Assembly (NCBI RefSeq): GCF_964213995.1
Contig: NC_135807.1
Location: forward strand, 96,844,001 to 96,908,000
DNA length: 64,000 bases
From: Mustelus asterias
Lineage: Eukaryota
Direction: 5' to 3'
A program made the translations under genes and the position numbers. How positions within the stretch are numbered: position 1 is the first letter of the stretch; every line of letters begins with the position of its first letter. Shown piece after piece: positions 12,333 to 25,660 of the stretch. The notes under the pieces were generated by a model. The model saw only the letters and a list, made by a program, of their open reading frames with translations. It had not been told where the DNA came from and did no database searches.

Positions 12333-13085
12333 CAGCGGTGAGTAACCTGTGGCCCGGGGGCCATGCGCAGTCCGTCTGGATTCTGATTGTGGCCCATGAG
12401 ACATTTTATTGACCGGTGGCCGCACGCAGGGTTGCCACATTCCACTGATTTCCATCCGCGTTGTTTTATTCCTACTGGTATAAGTGAAGTGATACACACA
12501 TAAAAGAAGGATAAGTGAAGTGAGGTGCATACTGATTACACACATTGACTGTGAGAGCCACGCGCTCTCCCTGTGTTTAAAATGTAAAAAGTTTTTTTTT
12601 AAAGTTTATTTATCAGTCACAAGTAAGGCTTATATTAACACTGCAATTAAGTTACTGTGAAATTCCCCTAGTCACCACACTCTGGCACCTGTTCGGGTCA
12701 ATGCACCTAACTAGCACGTCTTTCAGACTGTGGGAATAAACCAGAGCACCTGGAGGAACCCACACAGACACGGGGAGAACGTGCAAACTCCACTCAGACA
12801 GTGACCCAAGCTGGGAATCAAACCCAGGTCCTTGGCGCTGTGAGGCAGCAGTGCTAACCACTGTGCCACCCATTTCTTTTGTTTTTATCATTTGAAGCTG
12901 ATGATGGTTCTATTAATAAACAAATTAAGCATTTTCTATAACTCATTATGAAATATTCAGCAGGTATTAAATCTTATATATGGGGTCACGGTTAGTGAAC
13001 AAGTTTGATTTTAATCTTTTGGTCCACTAAAATGAAGGAGGGCCACTCATGCAGCCCACTCATTAGCCTAGATTGCCTATCACTG
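12333..13085. mobile_element. hAT-like (Charlie-type) non-autonomous DNA transposon
   Basis: Imperfect TIRs CAGCGGTGAGTAACCTG / AGATTGCCTATCACTG, subterminal GGCCC motifs, 8-bp flanks GGCGACAT / GGCTAGAT. Confidence 0.6.
12598..12870 (-). mobile_element. V-SINE variant with different tail (tail fragments also at 2968-3080 and 49110-49192), nested in the hAT element
   Basis: Minus strand GGTGGCACAGTGGTTAGCACTGCTGCCTCACAG...GTGGAGTTTGCAC...AATAAACTTT. Confidence 0.8.
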
Positions 13086-14035
13086 GGCTAGATTGACCAG
13101 CTGGTCTTTTTCATCCAATATTTGTGTGTGTTTGTTCATGTCCCTGTCACATTTGATTTTTGCACCACCAAAACTTAGCACCTGGATTCAAACTTAGAGC
13201 TTTATGTTGCTTCTGAATCAACACAGTGTATCAAGTGCTCATCAGGATGCAACAGTGACAAAGCTGTGTGGGGTAGTTGATGAGTTCGGATGGAATAAAG
13301 TACTAAGCAGAGAAAAAAAATTTCCCGTAACATTTTCCTCATTGTGGTTTCATGCTAAAATTTGGAAAACAAAAATCAATATAATTCTAAATTTAATTAT
13401 GCCCTTAAGGAAACCACTGTAACATTGTAGGATTACTTCAGTATCAGAACTGTATATATGCATTTTATAATTATATATAAAATATAAATGTTAGAATGGT
13501 ATGCTTTCAATTTTAAGTTGCATTGTTCTACGATGAGCATCTTCCCAGCTGCAATAGTTTTTCTTGAATAATTTTAGTCTATCATACTTGAACTATCTTT
13601 AATTGGTGATGATACTGTTGCGCTTTTTGGTTCCTGAAGCATTGGTTTCGTGGCTCCCTAATTTGGGGAATGAGTGGCAGGCAATACACAAGATAACTTA
13701 ATTTTATGTAGCACCTTGCAATGTGCATAGCATGTCCCAAATGCTTCACAGCTAATAAGTACTTGTTAAGCATTGCTACTATCACATAGGAAAGTGTAAA
13801 AGCTAAATGTGTACTGCAAAGTTCCACAAGCAGGAAACAAAGAAGCCATTTTGTTTCAATCCTGTGGACCAATGGGCTCTTGCTGACTAGAACATTGGAA
13901 GTACTCAATGTGGGGTGAGAACTTCGACATTCATTTTAATAGGCTTTGCTTTAACCTCTCCTCTGTAGACTGGATTCCCACAATTTAGGAGTACTAGCTG
14001 TACACTTGCAAAGCAAATGCAGATACCCATTCTTA

Positions 14036-14254
<219 letters not shown>

Positions 14255-14286
14255 TCAGAAATGTGGACAAGTTAAAATTGTGCATC

Positions 14287-14544
14287 AAAAACAGAAAATG
14301 CTGGAAAATCTCAACAGGTCTGATAACATCTATGGAGAGAGAACAGAGCTAACATTTCGAGTCAGGATAACCTTTCACCAGGGGTGTTACATTAGGCATT
14401 AACCAAAGCTCCGATGAAGGGTCATCCAAATTCAAAACGTTAGCTCTGTTCTCTCTCCAAAGATGCTGTCAGACCTGCTGAGATTTTCCAGCATTTTTTG
14501 TTTTCGTTTCAGATTCCAGCATCCGCAGTATTTTGTTTTTATCC
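14287..14544 (+). mobile_element. PLE family B inverted pseudo-LTR pair with 3' tail
   Basis: About 95-bp inverted arms, each with a decayed hammerhead; TSD TAAAATTGTG at 14273 and 14545. Confidence 0.8.
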
Positions 14545-15298
14545 TAAAATTGTGTGTGGCTGCCAATTACTGCATGGCAATTGGGTTTCAAGATTTTAAG
14601 GATATGGTACATTTGCACTGAAATTTGGGGTGGTTTACAAGGCTAACATAGGTTGCAGGCTCCAGTGTGATTTGTGAACTGGTTTCAAATGGCTTCAGTA
14701 TTTAATCTTCTTAAAATTTCTCCTTTTTAACTATTTTTTAAAGAGACACAATTTCTTATAAAGTCGAACTGTAACACTGGATAACAATTTTCACATACTA
14801 TAAGCAAATGTTTAACCCTTTAATTGGTGTAAGTGTTTATGTGGAGTTAAACATAATTTAAGCAAAACAGCTGATCTCCACTGAACAACTACGGCAGAGA
14901 TTTCAATTATACGGCCAATTATACAGATTCAGGTTGTTGTGCGTCCTGAAACAAGAGACTAATCTTTCTGGAGCTGCTTCCAACAGCCTAGGAGATTGTG
15001 CAGAGTGTGTCAGGATATTACATTAAGATGCATCTCATGGAGAATTGGGGGAGGACATTAACATTGATCCGTGAGAAAGATGAGGGCCAGGATATTATCT
15101 TGGTTCCTGAGTGGAGTTCAGGGCTTTAAGATCGGGACTGCAGCGAGGAGGGAGTTCAGACATTAAAATTGATCTCATAATTCAAATTAAATATGTGACA
15201 TATTTTGTTAAATGAATTAATTCGATATGGCTACCATTAACCATAATCAACATGTTTTAAAATCTTGTCTGTTATAATTCAGGTCAGAAACTCCAAAG

Positions 15299-16124
15299 TG
15301 TTGTATGAAGTCTGCCTGGATCACAGGTTTTGCATTTTGAATTTGGTTAGGGTGAGCATGAGATGTTTTACTTCAGGTATGATTCAAATAACCCACGAAG
15401 GAGCTTTATCAAACAAAGTCTATTTAAGTATACAGTTAACGTGTATAGAAAGAAAATTAGCAGCAACCTTTACCAATTAAACAAAAAAAAAGAACAATGA
15501 TATTGTATAAACCTTAACAGCTAAATACCATTCCAACAAAACAAATCCCATAAACAAAACCTTTGCCACGGGTTTAATACATAGAATATGAATGCTCACA
15601 TGATGCTGGAACTTAGACCTTTGGTTGAATGCTGCAGTTCTCTTGAGGCATACACAGACAAGCCTCGAGTCAGAATAGCTTCCCAAAACACCAGGGAGAC
15701 ACTCTGGTCAAGTCAACCACCAACAGCAAATTTCCTACTCCAGGAAGGCAAGGAGCCTTGCTTCCAGCTAACAGCAGAATTTTCAAAACCGGGAAGAGAG
15801 AGAGAGAAACACTGCTTTCCATCTTTATGTCCACCCGCTTCTAAACTAAAACTGAAAAATGAATCCTTAAGGTCTTTTCCTGGGGAGGAACCACCTGACT
15901 TTCAATTTCAATCAATACTCCCCCTCATAATGCAAGGTCATAAAAGATCCTGGAGGAAAAATAAACAAACCCCCATTTAAGCCATTGAAGAAGCAATGAA
16001 AGGACTTCCTAAAAGCAGACGGTCTGGCAACAATGAGAAAAAGAAAACTGAAAAGGTCTGCTTACAGCTGCAGAGAATGTGATTTTTAAAAAAAATTTCT
16101 TAAAGGTACACTAAAGTCACGTCA
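15299..16124 (-). mobile_element. Probable solo LTR (Gypsy-like)
   Basis: TG...CA ends, distinct composition, interrupts the end of a pogo transposase; no clear TSD. Confidence 0.45.
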
Positions 16125-17420
16125 AATTTGTTGTCTTTGGCCTCTCACTCAAAGCGTTCATCAAATTCATTGCGAGTCACTTTGGCTATGACATCATCAT
16201 AAGGATCCCATTCTGGATCAGATTTGGCGCTTTTGGTTTCAACCGTCCCTCTACAAATCACCTTCCAATCCATCTACCGAACTGGATATTCCACATTTTT
16301 TGAATGATCTGATGATGTTTTGTATATTAACAGCATTCCATGATTTGACAATGAAACCTCACAAAGCATCAATCAAGTATATTTCCACTCCTTTTGAAGG
16401 GATTTTTCCCTCCGCCATCCATCCACATATTCCACTCAACACAAACATGATCCTTGATTGGCTTGTTGAGTCACGCATATAAAGGATGAAAGAGGGAAAT
16501 TAGATCCTCTGGTAATAACTGCAATTTGGGTGATATTGCTTCACAGAAAGCTCTTGATATCATCGGATATATGGAATCTGAATAGCCGCATTCTTTTTTG
16601 GCCCAAGACGCCCATTCCACACATTATCAATTCATAACCTCACTTCGCCCTCACCCCTGAATATGCACAAAGAGTCCGGTAGGAAACTTAATTTTTGGCA
16701 TGGTTATCTTGAAGATTAACATAGACTTTAATTTCATTCAATTGACCATGCAAACTAGTATCATCATGAATCTCATCTTCTCATCTCATTCCTTGTGGTT
16801 TTCAAACAGTTTTCAAACCTTTCTGTTCCACAGTTTGGTCACCAACATATTGAAATTCAAGGGCATTTAACCATGTCACCATAATTTAGCATCATAGGTG
16901 TTTGTGTTTTTGCTGCTATCTGATGAAGAATTGCTGGAAATTGGTAATTTTGGCATTGAGATCTTTTGGGCCTTTTGGTAACCTCCGAGCCATCTTGGTC
17001 TTCTGCACAACACTAAACATTTTCATTCCATAAAGCAGCTACTTCATCTGACTGTTGGTGTGAAATCATTGCTGGATTCAGGGTTTGATTCGACTCACTT
17101 AAGTGTGTTCATATGCATTGCATTTCCGGTGATGATGTAACTAGTCTGACAATATCAGGGACCCATTCCAATTCTTGCTTCCCAAGATGAGGCCAGTGAC
17201 TGGTTCTGTTCTCAGGGCACATTTGGTCTGCGGCATCTTTTTCAGGGAAGATTCCTCCTTCTATTCCTGTACAAGTTTTTCATGAACTCTGACTCTGCAC
17301 AGTTATTTGAGTCATCAAATGACATGACCTTTAGCTTAAAACCAGCTTTGTACTTCATTCTTTCTGCCAGAGGACCCATTTCTGTTCATCATTCACTAAC
17401 CACAGTCTGCTGTGTGGACA
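16125..17420 (-). pseudogene. Fossil pogo/Tigger-family (POGK-like) transposase
   Basis: Frameshifted translation: RMKYKAGFKLKV (BrkDBD-like), HWPHL, TMPKIKFPTGLFVHIQ, IDNVWNGR, TQIAVITRG, LNKPIKDHVCVEWNMWMDGG (DDE_1-like). Confidence 0.75.
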
Positions 17421-17629
17421 TGTCTTAATTTTAATTACATCATCAGCAGCACTTGTATCTTCAGCTGCCAAGGCCCTAAAGCTCTGGAATTCCCCCAATA
17501 AACCTTTCTGCTTCATTCCTCCTTTAAGATGCACCTCAAGATTTACTCCATTGACTGACCTGCCCTAATATCTCATTATGTGCTTTGGTGTGAAATTTTG
17601 TTTGTTAAAATTAATGTGAAGTACCTTGG

Positions 17630-17806
17630 AGCAGGTTTGGTTGATTGGCTATGCTAAAAAATTGCCCCTTAGTGTCCCGAGATGTGTAGATTAGCGGGTA
17701 AATGTGTAGGGATATGAGGGTAGGGCCTGGGTGGGATTGTGGTCGGTGCAGTCTCGATGGGCCGAATGGCCTGTTCCTGCACTGTAGGGTTTCTATGACT
17801 TCTATG
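17630..17806 (+). mobile_element. HE1-like SINE 3' half (further partial copies at 19878-20075, 28366-28680, 42680-42790)
   Basis: GGTTGATTGGCTATGCTAAAAATTGCCCCTTAG...GCACTGTAGGGTTTCTATG matches 6030-6200. Confidence 0.85.
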
Positions 17807-17944
17807 ATTAATTGAAGACAATACAGAAATACAAGTTGTTATTGAGAAGGCAAAGTAAAAATTTATATTTACAGGTTCAGAACTTAATCCCACTTTTCTG
17901 ATGAATGATCAATGCCCAAAAATGTTAACTATCCCTCTGCTCTA

Positions 17945-18142
<198 letters not shown>

Positions 18143-18586
18143 CTAGTGTGGAGACAAAAGGAAACACAAAACTTGTCAACAGTTCAATATCGCAGAAAAA
18201 GATTTCGACTCCACGAGCCCAATCTTCTAAGCTAGATAATAGCGAGTCGCTTTCCCCAGTGTTTTCTGCTGCCAACGTGTGGTTTCCATGAATGGGGATA
18301 ACGCTGACAGGAAATGCACTGATAAAGTTTTTTGAATAAATAATAGCAAAAATAGACAAGAAAATCATTCTATCTAATGAAACTTGCAAGAATTGCTACC
18401 GCATAAATATAGCATCTTTATACCGCCAAGTCAATCAACCAATTAGTGTAGTAATATACTTAAATTCATGTTGTGGACTCACACCCCTCAAAATTTGGTT
18501 GAGGAGGCTCAAATTTAATTCATTGAGGACTTTAACTGCTGTCAGAGGGAGAATAAAGGCTTTCCAATATTTTGGGTACAAACTTA

Positions 18587-18889
<303 letters not shown>

Positions 18890-21257
18890 TTAGGAAGAAA
18901 TCAAACTCTTCCCCACCATTAGTATCAGCATACAAATCATCAAACACTCTCAAGTCAAGCTCAGCACAAGTTAGATGAACAGTGTAGAAACATTCTTTTG
19001 ACTTTGTCCCATTGTTGGTTCTTAATCTTAACCTCAGCAATGAACTTCCGACTCATCAGAATCAATTTTCGATAAGAACAATCATGATTAACAATAGTGT
19101 AAAAATATTTGGATAATTACAGTCTATTGTTGGGCTGCCATTTGCTATTATTAAAAAACAAAGAAGCACTGTTAAAACAGGTAAACTCATTTCATAAATA
19201 ATCTTAAAAGAAAGGTAACACACATCCGTCAGTCTCCCCTGCATTAAAAAATGTCAAACACATTTCAACACCTTTTAAGTAAACATTCTCCTATCTCTTT
19301 CATTCAAATTCAACAGAACAACTGGATAAGAAATAAAGTATTTATGTAACATCTTTCATGACTAAGGACCAATTGTCTCAAAGTGCTTTATGGCCAGGAA
19401 TTACTTTTAAAGGGTAATCACTGTTGTAATGTAGGAAATACAGCTGCCATTCTGTACTCAGCAAGCTCCTACAAACAGCAATGTGACGATGACCAGACAA
19501 TCTTGTTTTCCATGGTGTTAATCGAGAGATAAATATTGGTTAGATTACTGGGGATAGCTCCTCTGCTTTCTTTGAAATAGTGTTATGGGAGCTTTAATGT
19601 CAACCTAAGGAGGCAGACTGGGCCTTGGTATAATGTTTCATCCAAAAGATGAAGACAGAAAGGGAGAAAAAACAAGAGAGAGAAAGTGAGCCATTGAGGA
19701 GATGCAAGTGTGAGGAAAAGAGAGGACACGAGAGAGCAAAGAAAGACTTGCATTTAGATAGCACCCTTCACAACTACAGGAAGTTCATATTTTTTACATA
19801 AAAGTACTTATGGTGTTTATTCAATGCTGCAATGTATGAAACACAGCAGCCAATTAGAAGATCTTTAACCCAGGACGTTGGCACAATGGTTAGCACTGTG
19901 GCTTCATAGTCCAAAGATGTGCAGATTAGGTTGATTGGCCATGCTAAATTGCCCTTTAGTGGCAGGGGGACTAGCGGGGTAAATACATGGGGTTATGGAG
20001 AGAGGGGCTGGGTGGGATTGTGCCGGTGCAGACTCGATGGGCTGAATGGCCTCCGTCTGCACTGCAGGCATTCTAACCCACAAAACTTTCAACACAGTGA
20101 AGTGAGTGTTATCAGTAAGGCTGACATCTTGCTGGTACTAAACTAGTAACTAAATCCTTTCCATTTTTAAAGATTTTCAATATTTCATTTACAGGAGGTT
20201 AAAATAGTCACGAACTTTGTCACTAAGCATTAAATCTATACAACGCACAAATGTTGTGTGCTAGATTTAGAATCATCTTCTATTCCATGTGTCCTTGATG
20301 CTGTTCTATGCTCAAGAAACTCAACAGTTTAAGCAATACTGATTGCATGTATTTCAGTTACTGCAAGAGCTGAAGGTTATAGTTTTGCAGTGTAAGATAC
20401 ACTTCCTCAGCTATTACTGTAGTCTTTACACAGTTCTAATCTACAAGATGCACAACATACACCCCATAATTGGCAGCTCCACATTCCACCCCCCAAACAG
20501 CATCCTTCATTCTGCAATCCATGGAGTTCTGTATTCTACCCTGTGCAGAATATACTCTCTACTCTTCTGCGGTAAAATTTACAGCTTTACATCCCAACTC
20601 ATGCTCACTTAGTCTGTGTTCAACCTTATGCACAGGTTGCAAAATCCGCAACACTGCAGTTTTCATACACCTTGAATGGACCTATTATCTGAAGTTGTTC
20701 AATACAGTGCCATTTGTGGCTCAGAGGCAGCAACTTTTGCCTGAGATTAGATCTTGTGTGTTTACGTCTGACCCCAAAAACTCTATCTCAAAATTCTGTG
20801 TCGTACTGAAAGAGTGTTCTGTTGGCAAATGTGCCATTTCCTGATGGAACTTAGGCCCAATCTGGCTGTGCGGATTTAAAAAGATCTGGCTTTTAATCCT
20901 ATTGCTGCACGTGGGATCTTGCTGTGCACCACATGGCACCTAGCCACAACCACACCTTTCATGCCTGCCACAATCAGGTCCCCAGCCAAATCCTTGAGCA
21001 CTGACGTAAGTCACATAGGCTAGTATTGGCCCTTGCCACAGCGGTGTGCCTGAACACCAGCTGAGCCACTTGTTGCCCAGCCACATTCCCTAACACCTGC
21101 CCCAACTGGATCCCCTAGCACTGACTCCAGTCACATCCCCACCCATCACCCCAACAATTCCCATTCTGAATGGTCCTCATGATCTTCACTCACAATGGCC
21201 GTGGGAACAGTCCAGTCAGTACACTGCTCACATTTAAACATGAATCAGGAAACATCA

Positions 21258-21545
<288 letters not shown>

Positions 21546-21569
21546 TCACTGGTGTGCAAAACAATTTAT

Positions 21570-22790
21570 ATTTATATAGTAAATTTAACACAATGAAAGG
21601 TCCAAAGCAATTCGCAGAAGCATTGTAAAACTGTGGCACTGAACCAAATTAGAAGATATTAGGTTACATGACCAAAAGCTCAGTCAAAGAGGTAGGCTTT
21701 GGAGTGTCTGAAAGGAGGAAAGTGAGTTGGAGAGGCAGAGTGGTGCAGGGTCAGTGTTCCAGAGTTTGGAGCTGAGACACTGAAGGTACAACCACTGATC
21801 GTGCATTTCTCAATTATAATCACATCACTCAGGGGCAGAATTAGTGGAGCACAGATAACCCAGAAGGTTGGGGGCTGGAGGAGATTGAAGATGGGGAGAG
21901 GTAAAACCATGAAAGAATTTGAAACGAAGTTTGACATCTTTGAAATCAAGACATTGCTTGACAGGGAGCCAAAGGAGGCCAGCGAGCACCGTGGTGATAA
22001 AGGAAGGAGAAGGGGAACTTGCTGAGAGTTAAGACACGGGCAGTTAAGGTTTGGATGACCCCAGGTTTAAAGGGTAGAATGTCACAGACCAAGGTGGTCT
22101 TAATATTGGCATCAAGGTCATACAAGGTTGGAAATTCAATCAGCATGAGCGGTAACACCAAGTTTGCAAACAGACTGGCTTAATCTCAGACTGCAGACAG
22201 GGAGAGGGGCGAAGTCGGGAGTTAGTAAATGCAGTTTGGACGAGGAACCGAACACAATGGCTTCAGTCTTGCTAATATTTAATTGGAGGAAATTTCTGCT
22301 CATCCAGTAATGGATGTCAGATAAGCAGTCTGATAATTTAGCAACAGAGGAGGAATAGGGGGCAGGATGTAGATGAAAGCTGGTAGGGGACCAATGCTCG
22401 AGGGACATCAAAGGTAATGGTGCGATGGTTGGAAGAGCAGGCATTGTAAGTGATCCTCTGGCTACGATTAGATAGATAAGACTGGAACCATGTGTGAACT
22501 GTCCCACCCAGCTGGATGACAGGAGGGAGGAGTTGGAGGAGGATAGTTGGTCAGCCGTTTAAAAAGTTGCAGACGGGTCGAAAAGGATGCTAAAGGAAAG
22601 TTTACCTTTGTTAGTCACATAAAATGTCATTTGTAACTTTGATAAGAGCCAATTTGATACTGTGGCAAGGCAGAAATTTGATCGGGGGGAGATTCAAACA
22701 GAGTTCCGGGAAAGGATTTGGGAAGTGACAACATGTTCAAGGATTTTGGCAAGGAAAGGTAGGCTGAAGATGGAATGGTAGTTTTCAACT
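21570..22790 (-). mobile_element. Degraded L2-clade LINE
   Basis: LSDCLSDIHYWMSRNFLQLNISKTEAIVFG typical of the L2 RT C-terminal region. Confidence 0.7.
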
Positions 22791-22884
22791 GTAAAATTAG
22801 GAACTGGAGGCATACTAGAGGCTACCTATTCTCTTTTCCCTTTATGCTATAGCACTGTGGATGTATTTGAGGAAGGTTGTTCTT

Positions 22885-23378
22885 GGTATAGAGAGAGTGC
22901 AATGAAGGTTTACCAAGCTGATTCCTGGGATGGCAGGTCTGTCATATGAGGAGAGACTAAGTCAGTTAGGGTTGTATTCATTGGAGTTTAGAAGAGCGAG
23001 AGGGGATCTCCAAGACCTATAACATTCTAACAAGATTAAACAGGGTGGATTCAGAAAGAATGTTCCCAATGGTGGGGAAGTCTAAAACTTGGGGTCATAG
23101 TTTAAGGTAAGGGGTAAACCTTTCAGAACTGAGGTGAGGTGAAATTTCTTCACTCAGAAGGGGGTGAACATGTGGAATACACCCCCACAGAAAGTAGTGT
23201 GGCCAAAACATGTGATTTCAAGAAGAAATTAGACATAGCTCTTGGGGCTATAGGGATCAAGGGATATGGGGGGGAGCGGATATCAGGACATTGAATTTGA
23301 TGATCAGCCATGATCAAAATGAATGGCGGGGCAGGCCCAAAGGGCCGAATGGCCTACTCCCGCTTCTATTTTCTATGC
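22885..23378 (+). mobile_element. CR1 LINE 3' end
   Basis: GAGAGTGCAATGAAGGTTTACC...GATCAGCCATGATC...TTTTCTATG. Confidence 0.85.
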
Positions 23379-24239
23379 TCTTGAGTCACTGGAAGGAAAA
23401 CATGGAGTTGATCACTCACCTTTAAGATAAACCAGCAACAAATCCATTTAAAATTAGATAAATGGATATATTTCTTGTGAAGCATAATGTACAAGTGTCA
23501 GCTCAATATTATCATCAATATTAGAAATAAAAGTTAAATACTTGTTTTGTAAGATAATGGGGCAGATATTTGTGGTGATAAGGTTGAATGGGTGACATTG
23601 AACTGACATCCATTTTACTTCCCCCCCCCCCCCCCACCCTCCATGGTTGGGTTTACCAATTCACATGAAAGGTACCTTTAAGAAGACGCAGCTCCTCACA
23701 CTTCCCAGATCTGGGGACACTCTCTGAAAAGGCCCAATAACTGACCTTTCACATTGCTGCTCTGATTAGTGGCTGTGACTACTCCCAAAATCCAGCCTAT
23801 GGTTTGGTTTCCCTGCCATGACCCAGATGGTTGCAGTGGGGTCTATGGAGCAGAATCCCATCATCCCTCATCCACACCTCTGACTTTGGTCTTAATTCAG
23901 TCACGATGACACCCAATGGACAGGTTTTTGGCTCTGGAGAATCCAAAGATCTCCAGTGTCATGGTGGGACTATGTTTTTTTTCTCTCTGTAAGCAAGTCG
24001 CATTTTCCAACACACACAGACTGAAACCATTAAACTGAAATGAGGTCTTACTAAAAAACAGCCGGCTTTAAAAGTGCATGGGTCTCAAAATCCAGAAAAC
24101 ATCAACAAGATTCATTTGGACACTTGTTAGAATTTTCTGTCTCAGTGCTGGGCATTGGTGATCATGTGAAGAATCTCAGAACTCTAACCAATAGCTACAG
24201 TAAGAGGCTGACGTTTGAGTTTTATGGATCTTTACTCAC

Positions 24240-24329
24240 TGCAGTTGAAACTTTGGCTGCATCTTTGTTACGTTTCCCATTGACGGCAAAGTGGAATCTG
24301 TGAGCTGCAGTTTGAAACACTGCAGGAAC
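24240..24329 (-). CDS. SDHA: SDHA exon 2 (VPAVFQTAAHRFHFAVNGKRNKDAAKVSTA)
   Basis: 90 nt; pyrimidine tract + CAG acceptor, GTGAGT donor; resembles vertebrate SDHA exon 2 (FHFxVxG...AKVS). Confidence 0.9.
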
Positions 24330-25282
24330 CTGTGTTTAAACAAAAAAACAATTCAATCGATTAGAAATAATAGATCAATCCTCCTGGCACAAATGGAGAC
24401 ACATTTCAAACTGTCAGAACAAGTGATCTCAGAAATTTTCCCAAAACAAGTGGAAGGGAAAAGATGTGCACTCATGCAGTGTCCAATCAACAGAAATCTC
24501 TTAAAGTGCTTTCATTAGAATCAATCACTTCAAGATGCAGTAACATTCGTGGAGGGGAAGAAAGCGGCCATTTTGGATCCAGCAAACCAAATGCTTAATG
24601 CTTCAGTTCTGTTTTTTATTGATTTAGGAAACAATGCTGAGCAGAACGTCAGGAAAACGCCTGGCTCTTCTTCCAAAAGTGGCGACAAAACTTTTAATGG
24701 CCATCTGAACTAACAGAAATGGGAGAGTCTTCAGCTAAGCCAAATGCATTGCCTCTGACAAATCATTCGTTCAGAAATAGGAGGTATCACACTTGGAGGA
24801 AATGCGAGACAGGCTAAGATGGATTCGGAGTGAATGTGCAAAAGGCACCGGATGCAATTGATAACGTTGGTGACCTTCAGGTACAAGTAGTCACATGGGA
24901 TTATGATATAATGACAATAGAGACCGGAGTCAAACAAGGGGAGGAATAGGCAGCAAATATCCACGGCTACATAGTAAACAAGAAAACTAGAATAGGGAAA
25001 TAGGAGGGGGGCATGGCAGCATTGATCAAAGATATTGTTACATTATTAGAAAGGAATTAAGTGGCTGTAGGGTTAAGGGCAGAATCGATTTGGCCCCAGG
25101 GATCATTGCTGGCTCTGACATATATTAATGACCTGGACTTGGACATAATTTCAAAATTTGAAGACGCCTTGAAAGTTAAGAAACGTAGTAAATGGTGAGG
25201 ATAGGAGGGGGGGCCCAGCAGTGACAGCCGGTGAAATTTGTTATAGTAGGATTGAAATAATCCTAGCATTAAAAGAGGACAA

Positions 25283-25660
25283 GCCCCTGTCTACATCGAT
25301 GGTAGTCATGATATGGAGATGCTGGCGTTGGACTGGGGTAAACACAGTAAGAAGTTTAGCAACACCAGGTTAAAGTCCAACAGGTTTATTTGGTAGCAAA
25401 AGCCACACAAGCTTTCGGAGCTCCGAAAGCTTGTGTGGCTTTTGCTACCAAATAAACCTGTTGGACTTTAACCTGGTGTTGTTAAACTTCTTACCCTGTC
25501 TACATCAACAGGGATGAAGTGGAAATGGTCGAGAGCTTCAAGTGTCCAGATTACCAACAACCTGTCCTGGTCCCTCCACGCCGACGCTATAGTTAAGAAA
25601 GCCCACAATGCCTCTACTTTCTCAGGAGGCTAGGGAAATTTGGCATGTCAGCTACGACTG
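25283..25660 (+). mobile_element. Rex1/Babar LINE fragment interrupted by a PLE palindrome
   Basis: PVYINRDEVEMVESFK..VQITNNLSWSLHADAIVKKAH..LYFLRRLGKFGMS. Confidence 0.7.
25307..25494 (-). mobile_element. PLE family A palindromic insertion
   Basis: 148-bp spacerless palindrome 25347-25494 plus single-copy tail; direct repeat CCCTGTCTACATC at 25285 and 25494. Confidence 0.85.

Noticed and set aside
25347-25494. DNA-transposon MITE or miRNA gene
   Set aside because: Arms are the same sequence as the PLE pLTR at 1995-2623, with the one-sided tail and a long TSD typical of retrotransposition
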